Both the position numbers and the translations under genes were made by a program. Shown here one piece after another: positions 39,069 to 48,231 of a DNA stretch of 64,000 bases (position 1 is the first letter of the stretch; each line of letters begins with the position of its first letter). The stretch lies in contig JAZRGA010000018.1 in the NCBI GenBank assembly GCA_045643945.1, positions 6,774 through 70,773 of the forward strand. Direction: 5' to 3'. The notes under the pieces were generated by a model that was given only the letters and a program-made list of their open reading frames with translations, did no database searches and was not told the DNA's origin. Source of the DNA: Eubacteriales bacterium. GTDB lineage: Bacteria > Bacillota > Clostridia > Oscillospirales > CAG-272.

Positions 39069-39162
39069 TGGTCGAGGTGCAACATTCGCCGAATGGCGAA
39101 ACAAGGTAACTACGCTTCGCTCCGTGATTCCTTCGGAATACGAACTTGCGACTTCTACGTCC
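39069..39162 (-). pseudogene. Displaced tRNA-Pro 3'-half copy interrupted by a 61-nt insert
   Basis: 39141-39162 is identical to 39398-39419 (22 nt: anticodon stem, variable loop, T-stem). 39069-39079 is identical to 39379-39389 (acceptor 3' strand plus CCA). The T-loop is replaced by a 61-nt hairpin-rich insert. Confidence 0.6.
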
Positions 39163-39262
39163 TCGTTCGGTCAAAAACATAGTCGTCTATGACACTATCG
39201 TGTCCTATACTCCTTGTTTTTTCCCTTGTCGCACTCGCTTCATCTCGCACTGCGAGCGCTCG

Positions 39263-39284
39263 TGCTCCAAGCATAGCGCTCTAC
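39263..39284 (-). pseudogene. Fragment resembling the D-stem/anticodon arm of a tRNA-Pro(UGG)
   Basis: The minus strand reads GTAGAGCGCTATGCTTGGAGCA. It shares TAGCGCTCTAC with the intact tRNA. A CTTGGAG loop is present, but the 3' stem strand and the rest of the cloverleaf are missing. Confidence 0.4.
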
Positions 39285-39340
39285 GGTAGAGCTTTGTAGC
39301 TCGGGCGTAAATATCACAATTTCAAAGCATATGCACAAGC

Positions 39341-39378
39341 AAAAATCAAAGGGGAGCAAATGCTCCCCTTTGATTTTT
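39341..39378 (-). terminator. Rho-independent terminator downstream of tRNA-Pro
   Basis: TCAAAGGGGAG / CTCCCCTTTGA stem followed by TTTTT on the minus strand. Confidence 0.75.
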
Positions 39379-39455
<77 letters not shown>

Positions 39456-39590
39456 TTATTTAATTTTTTGAGCGCCACGCGCTCTCCCTGTTGTGACTAA
39501 GCCTCTGTCTTCGTTGCTTTGCAACTTGCCAATCGGCAAGTCACTGCCACTCCTTTTTGTTCGCTTCTTCCGCCACGGCGGCGCTCACAA

Positions 39591-39616
39591 ACGTCCCCAA
39601 GCTGAGCCACACCTCG
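39591..39616 (-). repeat. Partial tRNA-Pro 5' copy with internal deletion
   Basis: 39597-39616 is identical to 39436-39455 (20 nt: acceptor 5' strand plus D arm). It is joined directly to ACGTCC (compare 39414-39419), skipping ~16 nt. Confidence 0.6.
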
Positions 39617-39701
39617 TTTTGCACGAAACATCTGCACAAGCGATGCGCAACTGTATCTCATACCCATATATTATAACACAATTGCGCCGCTTTGTCAACA
39701 T

Positions 39702-40493
39702 TTATTTTAAGTCTTCTGCGTTTCTTTTCAAAGTTTCTATAAATCCCGTTCCCGTATATATTGTATAACCAAAAAGTCTCTCGCCCGACCCCGTTGGAAT
39801 CACCACTCCATCGCTTCCCTTTCGCTCGATGTTCATTACTGCCGGATTTATCAATACAGCTCTTACCGTATACTTATCCTTATCATCTATTCCCTTTGGA
39901 AATTCAATAGGCATTGTGCGAGTTATATCCTTTAAATCAAATATAATTGAAAATCTATTTTTTCTTGCTATTTTTGTATATTTCATTTGATTTTTAGAAA
40001 CAAAAGTAAAGCTCGACAAAAAGCGCCTTGAAGTAGCAAATTTTACATAATACGTCCATTTCCCCGCCTTGACTGTAAAATCAACTGTGCTATCCTCTGC
40101 CCAAGAAAGTGATTTAAAAAATCCTCTCTTAAACTGAAGTCTATATCCGTTTTTCTTGCAGGTTTTTTTCAGCTTACTAAGAAAGCTCAACCGTCTTCTC
40201 AAAAGCTTAGTCGCATTAAAGAAAAATATTGAAAACAAAATTAAAAACAAAACCGTAGCAATCAGCACGTCAGTATAAAATGCGAGCATCGCCGTAGTCA
40301 ACAAAATCAGTGCAAGCTCGAATGCCAAAAGAATTACCGTCAGCGCCTTAGCAAAAAAATCTCTTATTTTCCGTGCTGTTGGATTTACTTTTTTTGTTAC
40401 GCCATACGAGCGGTAAAGCGGCACGTCTTCGGTTTCGGCAACGCAACGCTTATCATCATCAACATTCTGTGTTTGTGATTTTTTATCCTTCAT
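39702..40493 (-). CDS. Membrane protein with two TM helices and a C-terminal soluble domain of unknown function
   Basis: Start moved to the ATG at 40493 (MKDKKSQ), preceded by AAGGAGGG. TM region ALTVILLAFELALILLTTAMLAFYTDVLIATVLFLILFSIFFF. Confidence 0.6.
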   Translation of the reverse strand: MKDKKSQTQNVDDDKRCVAETEDVPLYRSYGVTKKVNPTARKIRDFFAKALTVILLAFELALILLTTAMLAFYTDVLIATVLFLILFSIFFFNATKLLRRRLSFLSKLKKTCKKNGYRLQFKRGFFKSLSWAEDSTVDFTVKAGKWTYYVKFATSRRFLSSFTFVSKNQMKYTKIARKNRFSIIFDLKDITRTMPIEFPKGIDDKDKYTVRAVLINPAVMNIERKGSDGVVIPTGSGERLFGYTIYTGTGFIETLKRNAEDLK

Positions 40494-40529
40494 TTTACCC
40501 TCCTTGCACATATAATATAAATTATGACC

Positions 40530-40577
40530 TAAATTACAAATAGACTATTGCAAAGCAAGTCACTCTGCAATAGTCTA
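40530..40577 (-). terminator. Terminator of the TasA-like/SipW operon
   Basis: Perfect 12-bp stem TAGACTATTGCA / TGCAATAGTCTA (40541-40552 / 40566-40577), followed on the minus strand by TTTGTAATTT. Confidence 0.6.
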
Positions 40578-40587
40578 TATTTTTCAC

Positions 40588-43500
40588 TTATGCACCGATA
40601 AATTTATCTAAAATCGAATAATCTATCAATACATTTGACTTAAACGCTCCAAGCGAAGCATTTGGAACACTTATCTTAAGCAAGGTATTTGCGCCGAGGA
40701 AGATATCTCTGCCTGCGAACACGCTTGCAGTAGAGCTTGTAAACTTAATTGTAGAAATTCCTACCGATTCAAAGGCTTGATCTCTTACAGTTACAACGCC
40801 CGCAATAGTAAGGGTTTCGATATTCTTTGCATTATAGAATGCGCGATAAGCTATCTCGGTAACGCTGCTTTCAACGGTAAATGCGGTTGCAAGCTTTGCC
40901 TTAGGATAAATATACAATATCTTGCCGTCCTTGCTATAAAGAACTCCGTTTGCAGTCTTAAACTTAGCATTGGAAGTAGATATTTCGATTTCACGAATAG
41001 TGCTTGCCAAATCAGAGGTATCAAACTCAAGATATTCCATATTATCGGGAAGCTTGATTTTCGTTACGCCCGAAAGTGCCGCAATCGTATCCTTGCTAAC
41101 CGAAACTACCTTATATCCGCCTATTTCCGAGGGGAAATTAAGAGTGGTCGGGAGTGTACCCTCGACATAATCTATATACGCCGTCTTATCCGCCTCGCTA
41201 AGTACGTTCCAGTAGTAAGTAAGTCCGTTCACCATAGAGGATGCGCCGAATTTTTGGAAGTGCTCACTTGAAATACCGCCAAAGCCCGATGTAGATTTAT
41301 ACGTTGAAACATATGCACTATGGATAATGGCCGGAACGTATACATAAACCTGATCCTCATAATTAGCAATCAACTTTGCAGTTGTACTGTTAAGAGTTAC
41401 CACATCCACTGTATTAAGAATAGTAATCTTCTTAAGATTCTTTGAGCCTTGGAACATAGCATTATAGAATTTTTTAGCATGTTCTCCAAATGTAGCGCTT
41501 TCCAAAGAAATACAACCGTTAAACACTGTAGTACCCGTTGCCTCTACAAATTCAGGGAGATATACGTTTTTCAAATTAGAACATCCCGAAAATGCTCCTT
41601 CTGCCAAGATTGCAAGCTTATTTGCAGTCAAACTATACATCATACCATCTCTGCAAGCGCTCTTTCCAAGCACTTCTACGTTAGCAAGGTTCAAATGTTC
41701 TACCTTCTTTAACATCGTTTCGGTAGAGTTACTGGTTATAAATGCCGTTCCGTAAAGACCGTAATCACCTATCTCCTTTATATTTGAGCCTATCGTAAAA
41801 TTGTCCAATCCGTTAAAGCTTGCAGCACCGTAAGAATATCTACCAATCTTTGTAACCTTGAAAACCGAATCCGTGCCGTTATCTATAGCGGTAAGCTCGC
41901 CGTTTTCGAGATAAAGCTCGTTAGGCGTGGTATAATCCTTTCCACTCTCTCCATAATCACAGTACAAAACTACGTCAGGAGATACAGCAAATAAAGTAAG
42001 ATTACCGTCTGCCTCCTCGAAATAAATGTATCCGGGAAGTATGATATTCTCTGTCATTCCCGAAAGCTTTACGGTATACGCATAATAATCTGATAAATGA
42101 ATATTGTCAAAATCAGAATTTACGTTAACGTGATTGCGGTAGAATGTAGAGGTAGGCGTTGCACTGAATGAATTTATTACAGTGTTAAGATTCGGAATAC
42201 TAATCAAGCTATCGGTATTTTGAACGTTAATAAACCTTACATATCCTGCTTTTCTGGTTTCATCTCCGTCAAAGAGTATATCCTTAGATATACTTGTATA
42301 AGCAATTCTCAAGCTTACGCAGTTTTTAAATACCGTATAAGTTGTAGACGTAGTACCTGCAGGACGGCTTCTTGAAAGCAACGGAAGTCTTGCAACAATC
42401 AAATTTTGATTACTTGTAAAGGTATCCTCTCCAACCTCCTCAAGCTTTTCACCTACAACTCTTGCCATATCCATATAGTAGAAAGCAGACTTTCCTGCCT
42501 TATCTACGTTTCCAAGATTAAAGGTGATGCAGTATTTCTTAAATGCATCCTTTCTGGAGTCGAATGCATACGCACCTATTTCATCGACACCGTCACTTAT
42601 AGTTATATTCTGCGCAATCATATAAGTAAAATGATATGCCGCAGAGCCTATGCGAGTAACGGGGTAAGTAATACCGTTATGCTTAAACGAGGATACTGTT
42701 ATATAATCATTACCGGCTTCATTAATTTCAGAAAGCAAGCAAGCAACCAAATGTGCCTCGTTTCCGTCGATAACATAATAATAAGCATGCTGCTTACCTG
42801 ATACAAGATCATTACCGTAGACATCAGCTGCTATAAGAGCAGATAACGGATTTTCACCCATTTCGGTAACACCTGTATAATTGGGGGTGTACGTGGTTTT
42901 ATAAAGCTTTGCATAGCTTTCCTTAACGAAAATATATCTATAATCCGCAGCAAGAGCAACCTTATAAGCGCTTACGTCATTTGCATACTCGGTATGAACA
43001 AAGAACCTTGTGAAGAAATAATCATCCTGCGATGTATAGAAATTTTTATTGCTTTCAGTTCTTTCTATAACGCCTATATCAACTCTTTCAAGCTTAGGAC
43101 ACTTTGCTAAATCGTTAGCGCCCTCAACAACGCTAAGCTTAGGCATATACACCGTTTTAAGTACGTTATTATTTGAAAGATTGTTACCACCCTTAAGAGA
43201 GGTAAGCTCAGGAGCGCTAAAAGAGGTAAGAGCATCATTATAAGTGAATGCATTTCCCATTATTTCGGGATTTCCCTCAATAGTTACCTTTTCCAAGCCA
43301 ATTGAGGTATTCATATTAGGTCCGCAAGCAAATGCTCTTTCACCTATATACTTTACGTCACTCGATATCACAACCTCAAGTGATTCCTCACAGACAAGCT
43401 TATCAAAGAATGCATACGGGTCAAACGATTCAATCGTATAGAATTTTCCGTTTATATTTATTCTTTGGAAATTAAATCCACAATTGTTGTATTCATTCTC

Positions 43501-45984
43501 GACCCACTTTTGAAGCTGACCGTTTTCATTTAATCCACCCGTAAATACAACAAACTCACACGTTGGGAAAGGCTCTGTTGTATTAGGATCGTATCTAAGG
43601 AAATAATCGTTAAACTGTCTTACACCGTTATCGATAAATATCTTTGAGTGCCAATATACATTGCTATAAAGCGCTCTATATTCGTTATAAGCGTATTCAT
43701 CTGGGGTAAACAAATATTGCTTTGACGAGGGGGTGAGATGGAATCCATCAACAACCGTTATAGATGTGTAAACATATTTTATACCGTCAAGCGATTGCTG
43801 ACTATCTACGTTTCCTACTCCGTTTCTATGATTATCCAGCGTCGTAAGTGACTGAGGGAATGTTATTTCGTCGACTGCCGTACCTGTAAAGAGGAACTTG
43901 CCCCAAACGGTATCGCTCTCTGACATTTTAATTTCATTAAGCGCCGACATTCCCTTGAATGCATTATCCGGAACCTTTTTATTATCCGAAACTGCATCGG
44001 CTAAATCAAGCTTTGTGAGTGCGGTCATAGACTTAATAAAGTTATAATCGTACTCGAGTCCCGTTTCATAAACGCTTGTAGAATTCTGCTTCAAAGGCGG
44101 AGCTGTAAGAGCCTTATTACCGTAACAGATGATAGTAACCTCTTTAAGCTCATTTGCAGCCAAGATATCGCCCTTTGCCGCATAATAATCTATGTAGCTC
44201 TTGAGTGTATTCAATGCCGCAAGGTCCTTGTAACGGTCCTCATTAAGAATTATCTGCGCGGGAGCTTCATAATGAATTACTACCTTAGACTTATCTCCGC
44301 CAACTGCTTCAACAAACTGTGTACGAAGCATATAATCGATGTCATCGCGATATCCATTCTCCTCCTTATCACCTCTGGAGTAGAAGAACTTACCGCTATT
44401 AACTATCGAAGCCGAATCATTAAAGCTATTATTCGGAGTAATTGCGAGCATCTTACCCGAGCCCTTATTTGCAATTATGTGAGTATTATCGGACGCCGAT
44501 GATGTATCGTCCTTATCAAATTTAATCGACCATTCAGGTAAAAGAATTACATCGCCGTCCTCTACGTTAGGATTATCATTCTCTCCTCTGGTTACAGTAC
44601 CGAGAGTTCCCGCGTTATCAATAAGAATTGCGGGGGAGTTAAGCAAAGTAACGTCCTGCGTCATAGCGCTAAGGTCAAGCTTCTCAATATAACCGTTATT
44701 CTCGAGAACAAACTTACGGCAATAGAAGTTTACCGAAAGCTTACCAAGTCTTGTACGGTTAGAAATAGAAATTCTCGACGAGCCGTTAATAAGTATAGGC
44801 TTAAGGTCTGTGGTATAATTATATACACCCTCGTTAACCTCTATATTACAAATACGCGCGCCTCTGAACAAAAGTCCCTCGCCCTCAAGCTTTGACGCAT
44901 TTGCGGTGAAGCTTCCCTCAACGTAAATATCCGCCTTACCCGCGGTATCGTTATTTGCGCCCGCAATCTCAATAGTGGTATTGGGCAGGTCTATCTGGAA
45001 ATTACCGCCGGAGTTTTTGTTCTTTTCAATTCTTATATGACCGTCACTGACCGTGTTAAGCGTAAACTTATCTCCGTACATATAAGAGAAGACAAGATTT
45101 CCCTTCAAGGTAAGAGTTGAACGAATAAGCGTAATGCTGCAAGGACGGGTAAATACAAGGTCACCCGTATAATTTATGCTCTGCGTGATATAAATTTCAT
45201 CACCAAAGCCGTACTTCTGCATTGCGTTTTCAAGAGTTGTTACGTCATCAACATAGAATTTATCTACGTTCATATCATCTGGAAGCGCATCCTTCTGAGC
45301 CACACAAAGTCCAATTCTGAACGGGAAGTGAGCGCCCTCAAGATCTGCAGAAGCTCCTGCATTCTTAGAAAGCTTAAAACGAACGAGTGCATATTTTTGA
45401 TCGAGTGAAAGCGAAGTCTTTTGCACCGTATTCCAAATATTTCCGAGATTTTTAGTCTGCGCATCGTTTACGTTAGGCGCTTTAAGATAAGCCTCGAGCG
45501 CCGCCTGAGAGCTAATACCCGAAATAGCTTCGGAATCATCCTTGAGCGCAAAATTCATTTGACCGATAGAATTGAAATTCTCGGGACGTCCGTCATTATC
45601 AAAGGAAATCGCAACGTCAAACGCTATCGAATCATCATATCTTTCTATAACGAAGAATATTTCCTCGTCACTGTCTACGTTTATCAAGGGACTCTCAATT
45701 CCGAGGTCCTTTTCTATCTTAGCCTCTGAGTTTCCACCCTCGGCATCCTTTTGATTATTGGTATCGAAAAACGTTACGGGAGTAACAACTCCGTTTTTGA
45801 CGCGGTAAAGCTTAAAATTATAAAGCATTTTACCTGTCGTTACTTCAACGTTATCGACGTCAACGTAATTTCTTATCCACGCAAACGAAAACGCGCCGAG
45901 CGCCACAAGCAAAGCTAAGGACAGCGCAACTATCACTATCACCCGCTTAGCAGAGCCTTTATTCAATTTCTTCTTCATTTTCAT
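40588..45984 (-). CDS. Giant secreted adhesin: SipW-class signal, TasA/camelysin-like N-terminal domain, then ~1550 aa of BspA-type LRR/beta-solenoid repeats
   Basis: 1798 aa. N-terminus VALSLALLVALGAFSFAWIRNYVDVDNVEVTTGKM. A TasA-like closing strand LEGAHFPFRIGLCVAQKD lies near aa 230. Many LRR_5-like units follow (IGERAFACG, IGAYAFDS, LAEGAFSGCSNLKNVYLP, IAYRAFYNAKNIETLTI). Overlaps the upstream sipW by 26 nt. Confidence 0.75.
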   Translation of the reverse strand: MKMKKKLNKGSAKRVIVIVALSLALLVALGAFSFAWIRNYVDVDNVEVTTGKMLYNFKLYRVKNGVVTPVTFFDTNNQKDAEGGNSEAKIEKDLGIESPLINVDSDEEIFFVIERYDDSIAFDVAISFDNDGRPENFNSIGQMNFALKDDSEAISGISSQAALEAYLKAPNVNDAQTKNLGNIWNTVQKTSLSLDQKYALVRFKLSKNAGASADLEGAHFPFRIGLCVAQKDALPDDMNVDKFYVDDVTTLENAMQKYGFGDEIYITQSINYTGDLVFTRPCSITLIRSTLTLKGNLVFSYMYGDKFTLNTVSDGHIRIEKNKNSGGNFQIDLPNTTIEIAGANNDTAGKADIYVEGSFTANASKLEGEGLLFRGARICNIEVNEGVYNYTTDLKPILINGSSRISISNRTRLGKLSVNFYCRKFVLENNGYIEKLDLSAMTQDVTLLNSPAILIDNAGTLGTVTRGENDNPNVEDGDVILLPEWSIKFDKDDTSSASDNTHIIANKGSGKMLAITPNNSFNDSASIVNSGKFFYSRGDKEENGYRDDIDYMLRTQFVEAVGGDKSKVVIHYEAPAQIILNEDRYKDLAALNTLKSYIDYYAAKGDILAANELKEVTIICYGNKALTAPPLKQNSTSVYETGLEYDYNFIKSMTALTKLDLADAVSDNKKVPDNAFKGMSALNEIKMSESDTVWGKFLFTGTAVDEITFPQSLTTLDNHRNGVGNVDSQQSLDGIKYVYTSITVVDGFHLTPSSKQYLFTPDEYAYNEYRALYSNVYWHSKIFIDNGVRQFNDYFLRYDPNTTEPFPTCEFVVFTGGLNENGQLQKWVENEYNNCGFNFQRININGKFYTIESFDPYAFFDKLVCEESLEVVISSDVKYIGERAFACGPNMNTSIGLEKVTIEGNPEIMGNAFTYNDALTSFSAPELTSLKGGNNLSNNNVLKTVYMPKLSVVEGANDLAKCPKLERVDIGVIERTESNKNFYTSQDDYFFTRFFVHTEYANDVSAYKVALAADYRYIFVKESYAKLYKTTYTPNYTGVTEMGENPLSALIAADVYGNDLVSGKQHAYYYVIDGNEAHLVACLLSEINEAGNDYITVSSFKHNGITYPVTRIGSAAYHFTYMIAQNITISDGVDEIGAYAFDSRKDAFKKYCITFNLGNVDKAGKSAFYYMDMARVVGEKLEEVGEDTFTSNQNLIVARLPLLSRSRPAGTTSTTYTVFKNCVSLRIAYTSISKDILFDGDETRKAGYVRFINVQNTDSLISIPNLNTVINSFSATPTSTFYRNHVNVNSDFDNIHLSDYYAYTVKLSGMTENIILPGYIYFEEADGNLTLFAVSPDVVLYCDYGESGKDYTTPNELYLENGELTAIDNGTDSVFKVTKIGRYSYGAASFNGLDNFTIGSNIKEIGDYGLYGTAFITSNSTETMLKKVEHLNLANVEVLGKSACRDGMMYSLTANKLAILAEGAFSGCSNLKNVYLPEFVEATGTTVFNGCISLESATFGEHAKKFYNAMFQGSKNLKKITILNTVDVVTLNSTTAKLIANYEDQVYVYVPAIIHSAYVSTYKSTSGFGGISSEHFQKFGASSMVNGLTYYWNVLSEADKTAYIDYVEGTLPTTLNFPSEIGGYKVVSVSKDTIAALSGVTKIKLPDNMEYLEFDTSDLASTIREIEISTSNAKFKTANGVLYSKDGKILYIYPKAKLATAFTVESSVTEIAYRAFYNAKNIETLTIAGVVTVRDQAFESVGISTIKFTSSTASVFAGRDIFLGANTLLKISVPNASLGAFKSNVLIDYSILDKFIGA

Positions 45985-46537
45985 CTGCCACCTCTTTCTC
46001 TTTTTTCAGTTCCTTAACCAAAGAAACTATTTCGGATATAATCAACAGAGCAATCGGCGTAAATATAAGCAACCAAAAGCCCCAAGTAGTTGATATTATC
46101 ATATATATTTTATCTATAATAACGGCTTTGTGTACCATAACCGCTTCAATTTCATCCTTAGTTATTGGGGAATCGTCGCTATTATTATAATCACCGCGCG
46201 TTACGATAAGCTCCCCCTCTGTCCTTACGACTCTGTGAGTTATCATTTCGACGTTTCCGTTGACCTCACCGTAATAAGTTACAACGTCGCCGTTCTCTCC
46301 CGCAATAAGCTCGCCGCCATCATATTTTTTTGAGATTATTACATCTCCGGGCTCAAGATAAGGCGACATACTACCCGTTCGTATAAAGTACATTTGATGT
46401 CCGAAAAGCGTGGGGGGATTTCCCTGCACCTTTGAAATCACCAAAAAGATTATTATTATTACTTCGAAAATGACAAGTGCTGCGCTAAGCACACGTCCGA
46501 TAATGCTAAATGCTTTTTTAACGCCTTGACTACTCAT
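45959..46537 (-). CDS. sipW: Signal peptidase I, SipW (ER/archaeal) type, copy 1
   Basis: 192 aa. N-terminal TM, catalytic RTGSMSPYLEPGDVII and ITHRVV, C-terminal TM plus acidic tail. Confidence 0.8.
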   Translation of the reverse strand: MSSQGVKKAFSIIGRVLSAALVIFEVIIIIFLVISKVQGNPPTLFGHQMYFIRTGSMSPYLEPGDVIISKKYDGGELIAGENGDVVTYYGEVNGNVEMITHRVVRTEGELIVTRGDYNNSDDSPITKDEIEAVMVHKAVIIDKIYMIISTTWGFWLLIFTPIALLIISEIVSLVKELKKEKEVADENEEEIE

Positions 46538-46549
46538 AAGCTATTCCAA

Positions 46550-47188
46550 TCACTCTATTCTGAACGCCATAGCCTGTATCGATTTATTCTGATACTCGGC
46601 GGTTGCGTTCTGGTCATAATAAAAGCTGCAATCAAGTGTAACGTACTCATTCTCGGCGGTGGTAGGAGGAATAACTATCTCCTTGCCGTCACCGTAAATC
46701 CAGAGAAAATATTCTCCGCTATCCGAAGCTCCAACACGGCTTGCAGTGCTAAGCTTCACGAAAACGTGATGGTTATTACCGTCCTTAAAGCCGCTACCCG
46801 CAACAACGTCAAGATAAAGCACATCGAGAATATTAAAGTCGACGTTTTCAGTGGGGTCAATACGAATTGCCACACCAAGCTTTGCCTTGCGCTCGGCAGT
46901 TTCGGAATTGTTTTTTATTTTTATCTTAAATGGAGTTATCGAATCGGGAACCATCTGTCTTTTATCAAATGCAAAGGGTCCCTCGGGGATTTCGGTAAAC
47001 GTACCGTCTGCGTCGGGCGTTTCAATATGAGCATCAAAGTCAAGATTTACAACGCTAAGCGCTCCATCCCTAAAATCAACCGATATATATTCATCTACAT
47101 AATTTGCCTGGAAGTTTGAAAGCCAAGCAAAGCTTGCGGTTACGCACAAAAGAAGAGCGTAAAATATTATAAGTATTCTCTTTTTCAT
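46550..47188 (-). CDS. TasA/camelysin-like secreted protein, short paralog
   Basis: 212 aa. Signal ALLLCVTASFAWLSNFQANYV. Shared family block KLGVAIRI. Confidence 0.6.
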   Translation of the reverse strand: MKKRILIIFYALLLCVTASFAWLSNFQANYVDEYISVDFRDGALSVVNLDFDAHIETPDADGTFTEIPEGPFAFDKRQMVPDSITPFKIKIKNNSETAERKAKLGVAIRIDPTENVDFNILDVLYLDVVAGSGFKDGNNHHVFVKLSTASRVGASDSGEYFLWIYGDGKEIVIPPTTAENEYVTLDCSFYYDQNATAEYQNKSIQAMAFRIE

Positions 47189-47234
47189 TGTACGCTCCTC
47201 CTTTGTAAAAATTTTAATTTAATATTTTAAGCGT

Positions 47235-48200
47235 TTATTTTATATCCTTTGCCGAGAACTGCAAAAGAAGATCAAGTCCCGAGTCGGCGATATCATCCTC
47301 ACAGTTGGGGTCCTCGCCCTCAAGCCATATACGAACCGTTACGGCTCTCGTTGTATTTTTTTCGAGAACGAACAAGGGCGTTGTTTCAAAATCAGCAAAT
47401 GTATTTATATCGGGAGTAGTAACCTTAAGGTCCTCCTCCTGCATTGCCGCATTTACCTCAAACACAACCGTCTTTGCAAGCTCCGGAGGATTTTTAGTTC
47501 TATCGTATCTCGCAGCGCCATCCGCAACGTATCCGTATCCGTCAACGTGCTTATTTGTAATACCTGTATGAGATGTAGCGTTCTTTGCAAAAATCGTAGT
47601 GCTTTCAGGCAAGGTATCCGTTTTGTGAGCAGTAATAGAAATTCTTACTGCCTCTGCCGCCTTTGCATTTCTATTCGTAAGCGCTTCATTTCCGTCTACA
47701 ACAACTCCGTTTATAAAGGAATCCGCAAGATAAATATTCTTACTGTAAACGTCACCGCCTGCCGACGCTATATGGAAGGTAAGCTCAACGTAGCCGTATT
47801 TTATACCAAGCTCTGTATATTTTGTAGTAGAATTCTGAAGCTCCTCATCAAGCTCTAAAAGCGATATCTTCTTAAAGGTATCGTAGTAAGGTCCTTGTGA
47901 GCTATAATCAAGAGCAAAGAAATCCTCACTCTTACCCGTAGAGTTGGAAATAGATTTGAATACAAAATTCTTCTCACCGAGAAGCTCGTTTACCGAGATA
48001 TCGTCTATTTCATCCTCACCGTAAATAAAGGTGAGCGACGAGCCCGCAACGATTTTTACGTTTTCCTGATGAATCTTCGGCTTCCAGTCACGCTTTAACC
48101 ATGCGTAAGTAGCACAGGACAAAAGGAAAACCAATGCAAGTGCAAGCGCAACAGGACGAAGCACGCGAATCCAACGTATTTTTTGTTTAGCGTTATTCAT
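47235..48200 (-). CDS. TasA/camelysin-like secreted protein
   Basis: 321 aa. Signal LSCATYAWLKRDWKPKIHQENVKIVAGSSL. C-terminus VRIWLEGEDPNCEDDIADSGLDLLLQFSAKD. Confidence 0.65.
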   Translation of the reverse strand: MNNAKQKIRWIRVLRPVALALALVFLLSCATYAWLKRDWKPKIHQENVKIVAGSSLTFIYGEDEIDDISVNELLGEKNFVFKSISNSTGKSEDFFALDYSSQGPYYDTFKKISLLELDEELQNSTTKYTELGIKYGYVELTFHIASAGGDVYSKNIYLADSFINGVVVDGNEALTNRNAKAAEAVRISITAHKTDTLPESTTIFAKNATSHTGITNKHVDGYGYVADGAARYDRTKNPPELAKTVVFEVNAAMQEEDLKVTTPDINTFADFETTPLFVLEKNTTRAVTVRIWLEGEDPNCEDDIADSGLDLLLQFSAKDIK

Positions 48201-48231
48201 TTCCTTTCTCCCTTCTGCTTATTTATAAAGC

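Larger units (their letters stand above)
36345..39378. mobile_element. Decayed integrative-element remnant adjacent to the tRNA-Pro 3' end
   Basis: Excisionase-type HTH gene, frameshifted and truncated tyrosine integrase, two orphan genes and an AT-rich tract (38.5-39.0 kb), abutting tRNA-Pro and tRNA fragments. No outer att repeat was identified. Confidence 0.45.

Noticed and set aside
39069-39320. Possibility that the tRNA-like fragments form one tRNA gene interrupted by a group I intron
   Set aside because: No matching 5' acceptor strand (CGAGGTG) precedes the fragments. The pieces come from different parts and isoacceptors and are not in cloverleaf order. I recognised no group I P/Q/R/S-like core.
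36345-39378. Intact prophage or ICE
   Set aside because: The integrase is frameshifted and truncated. There are no replication, structural or conjugation genes, and no matching outer att repeat was found. It is a remnant at most.
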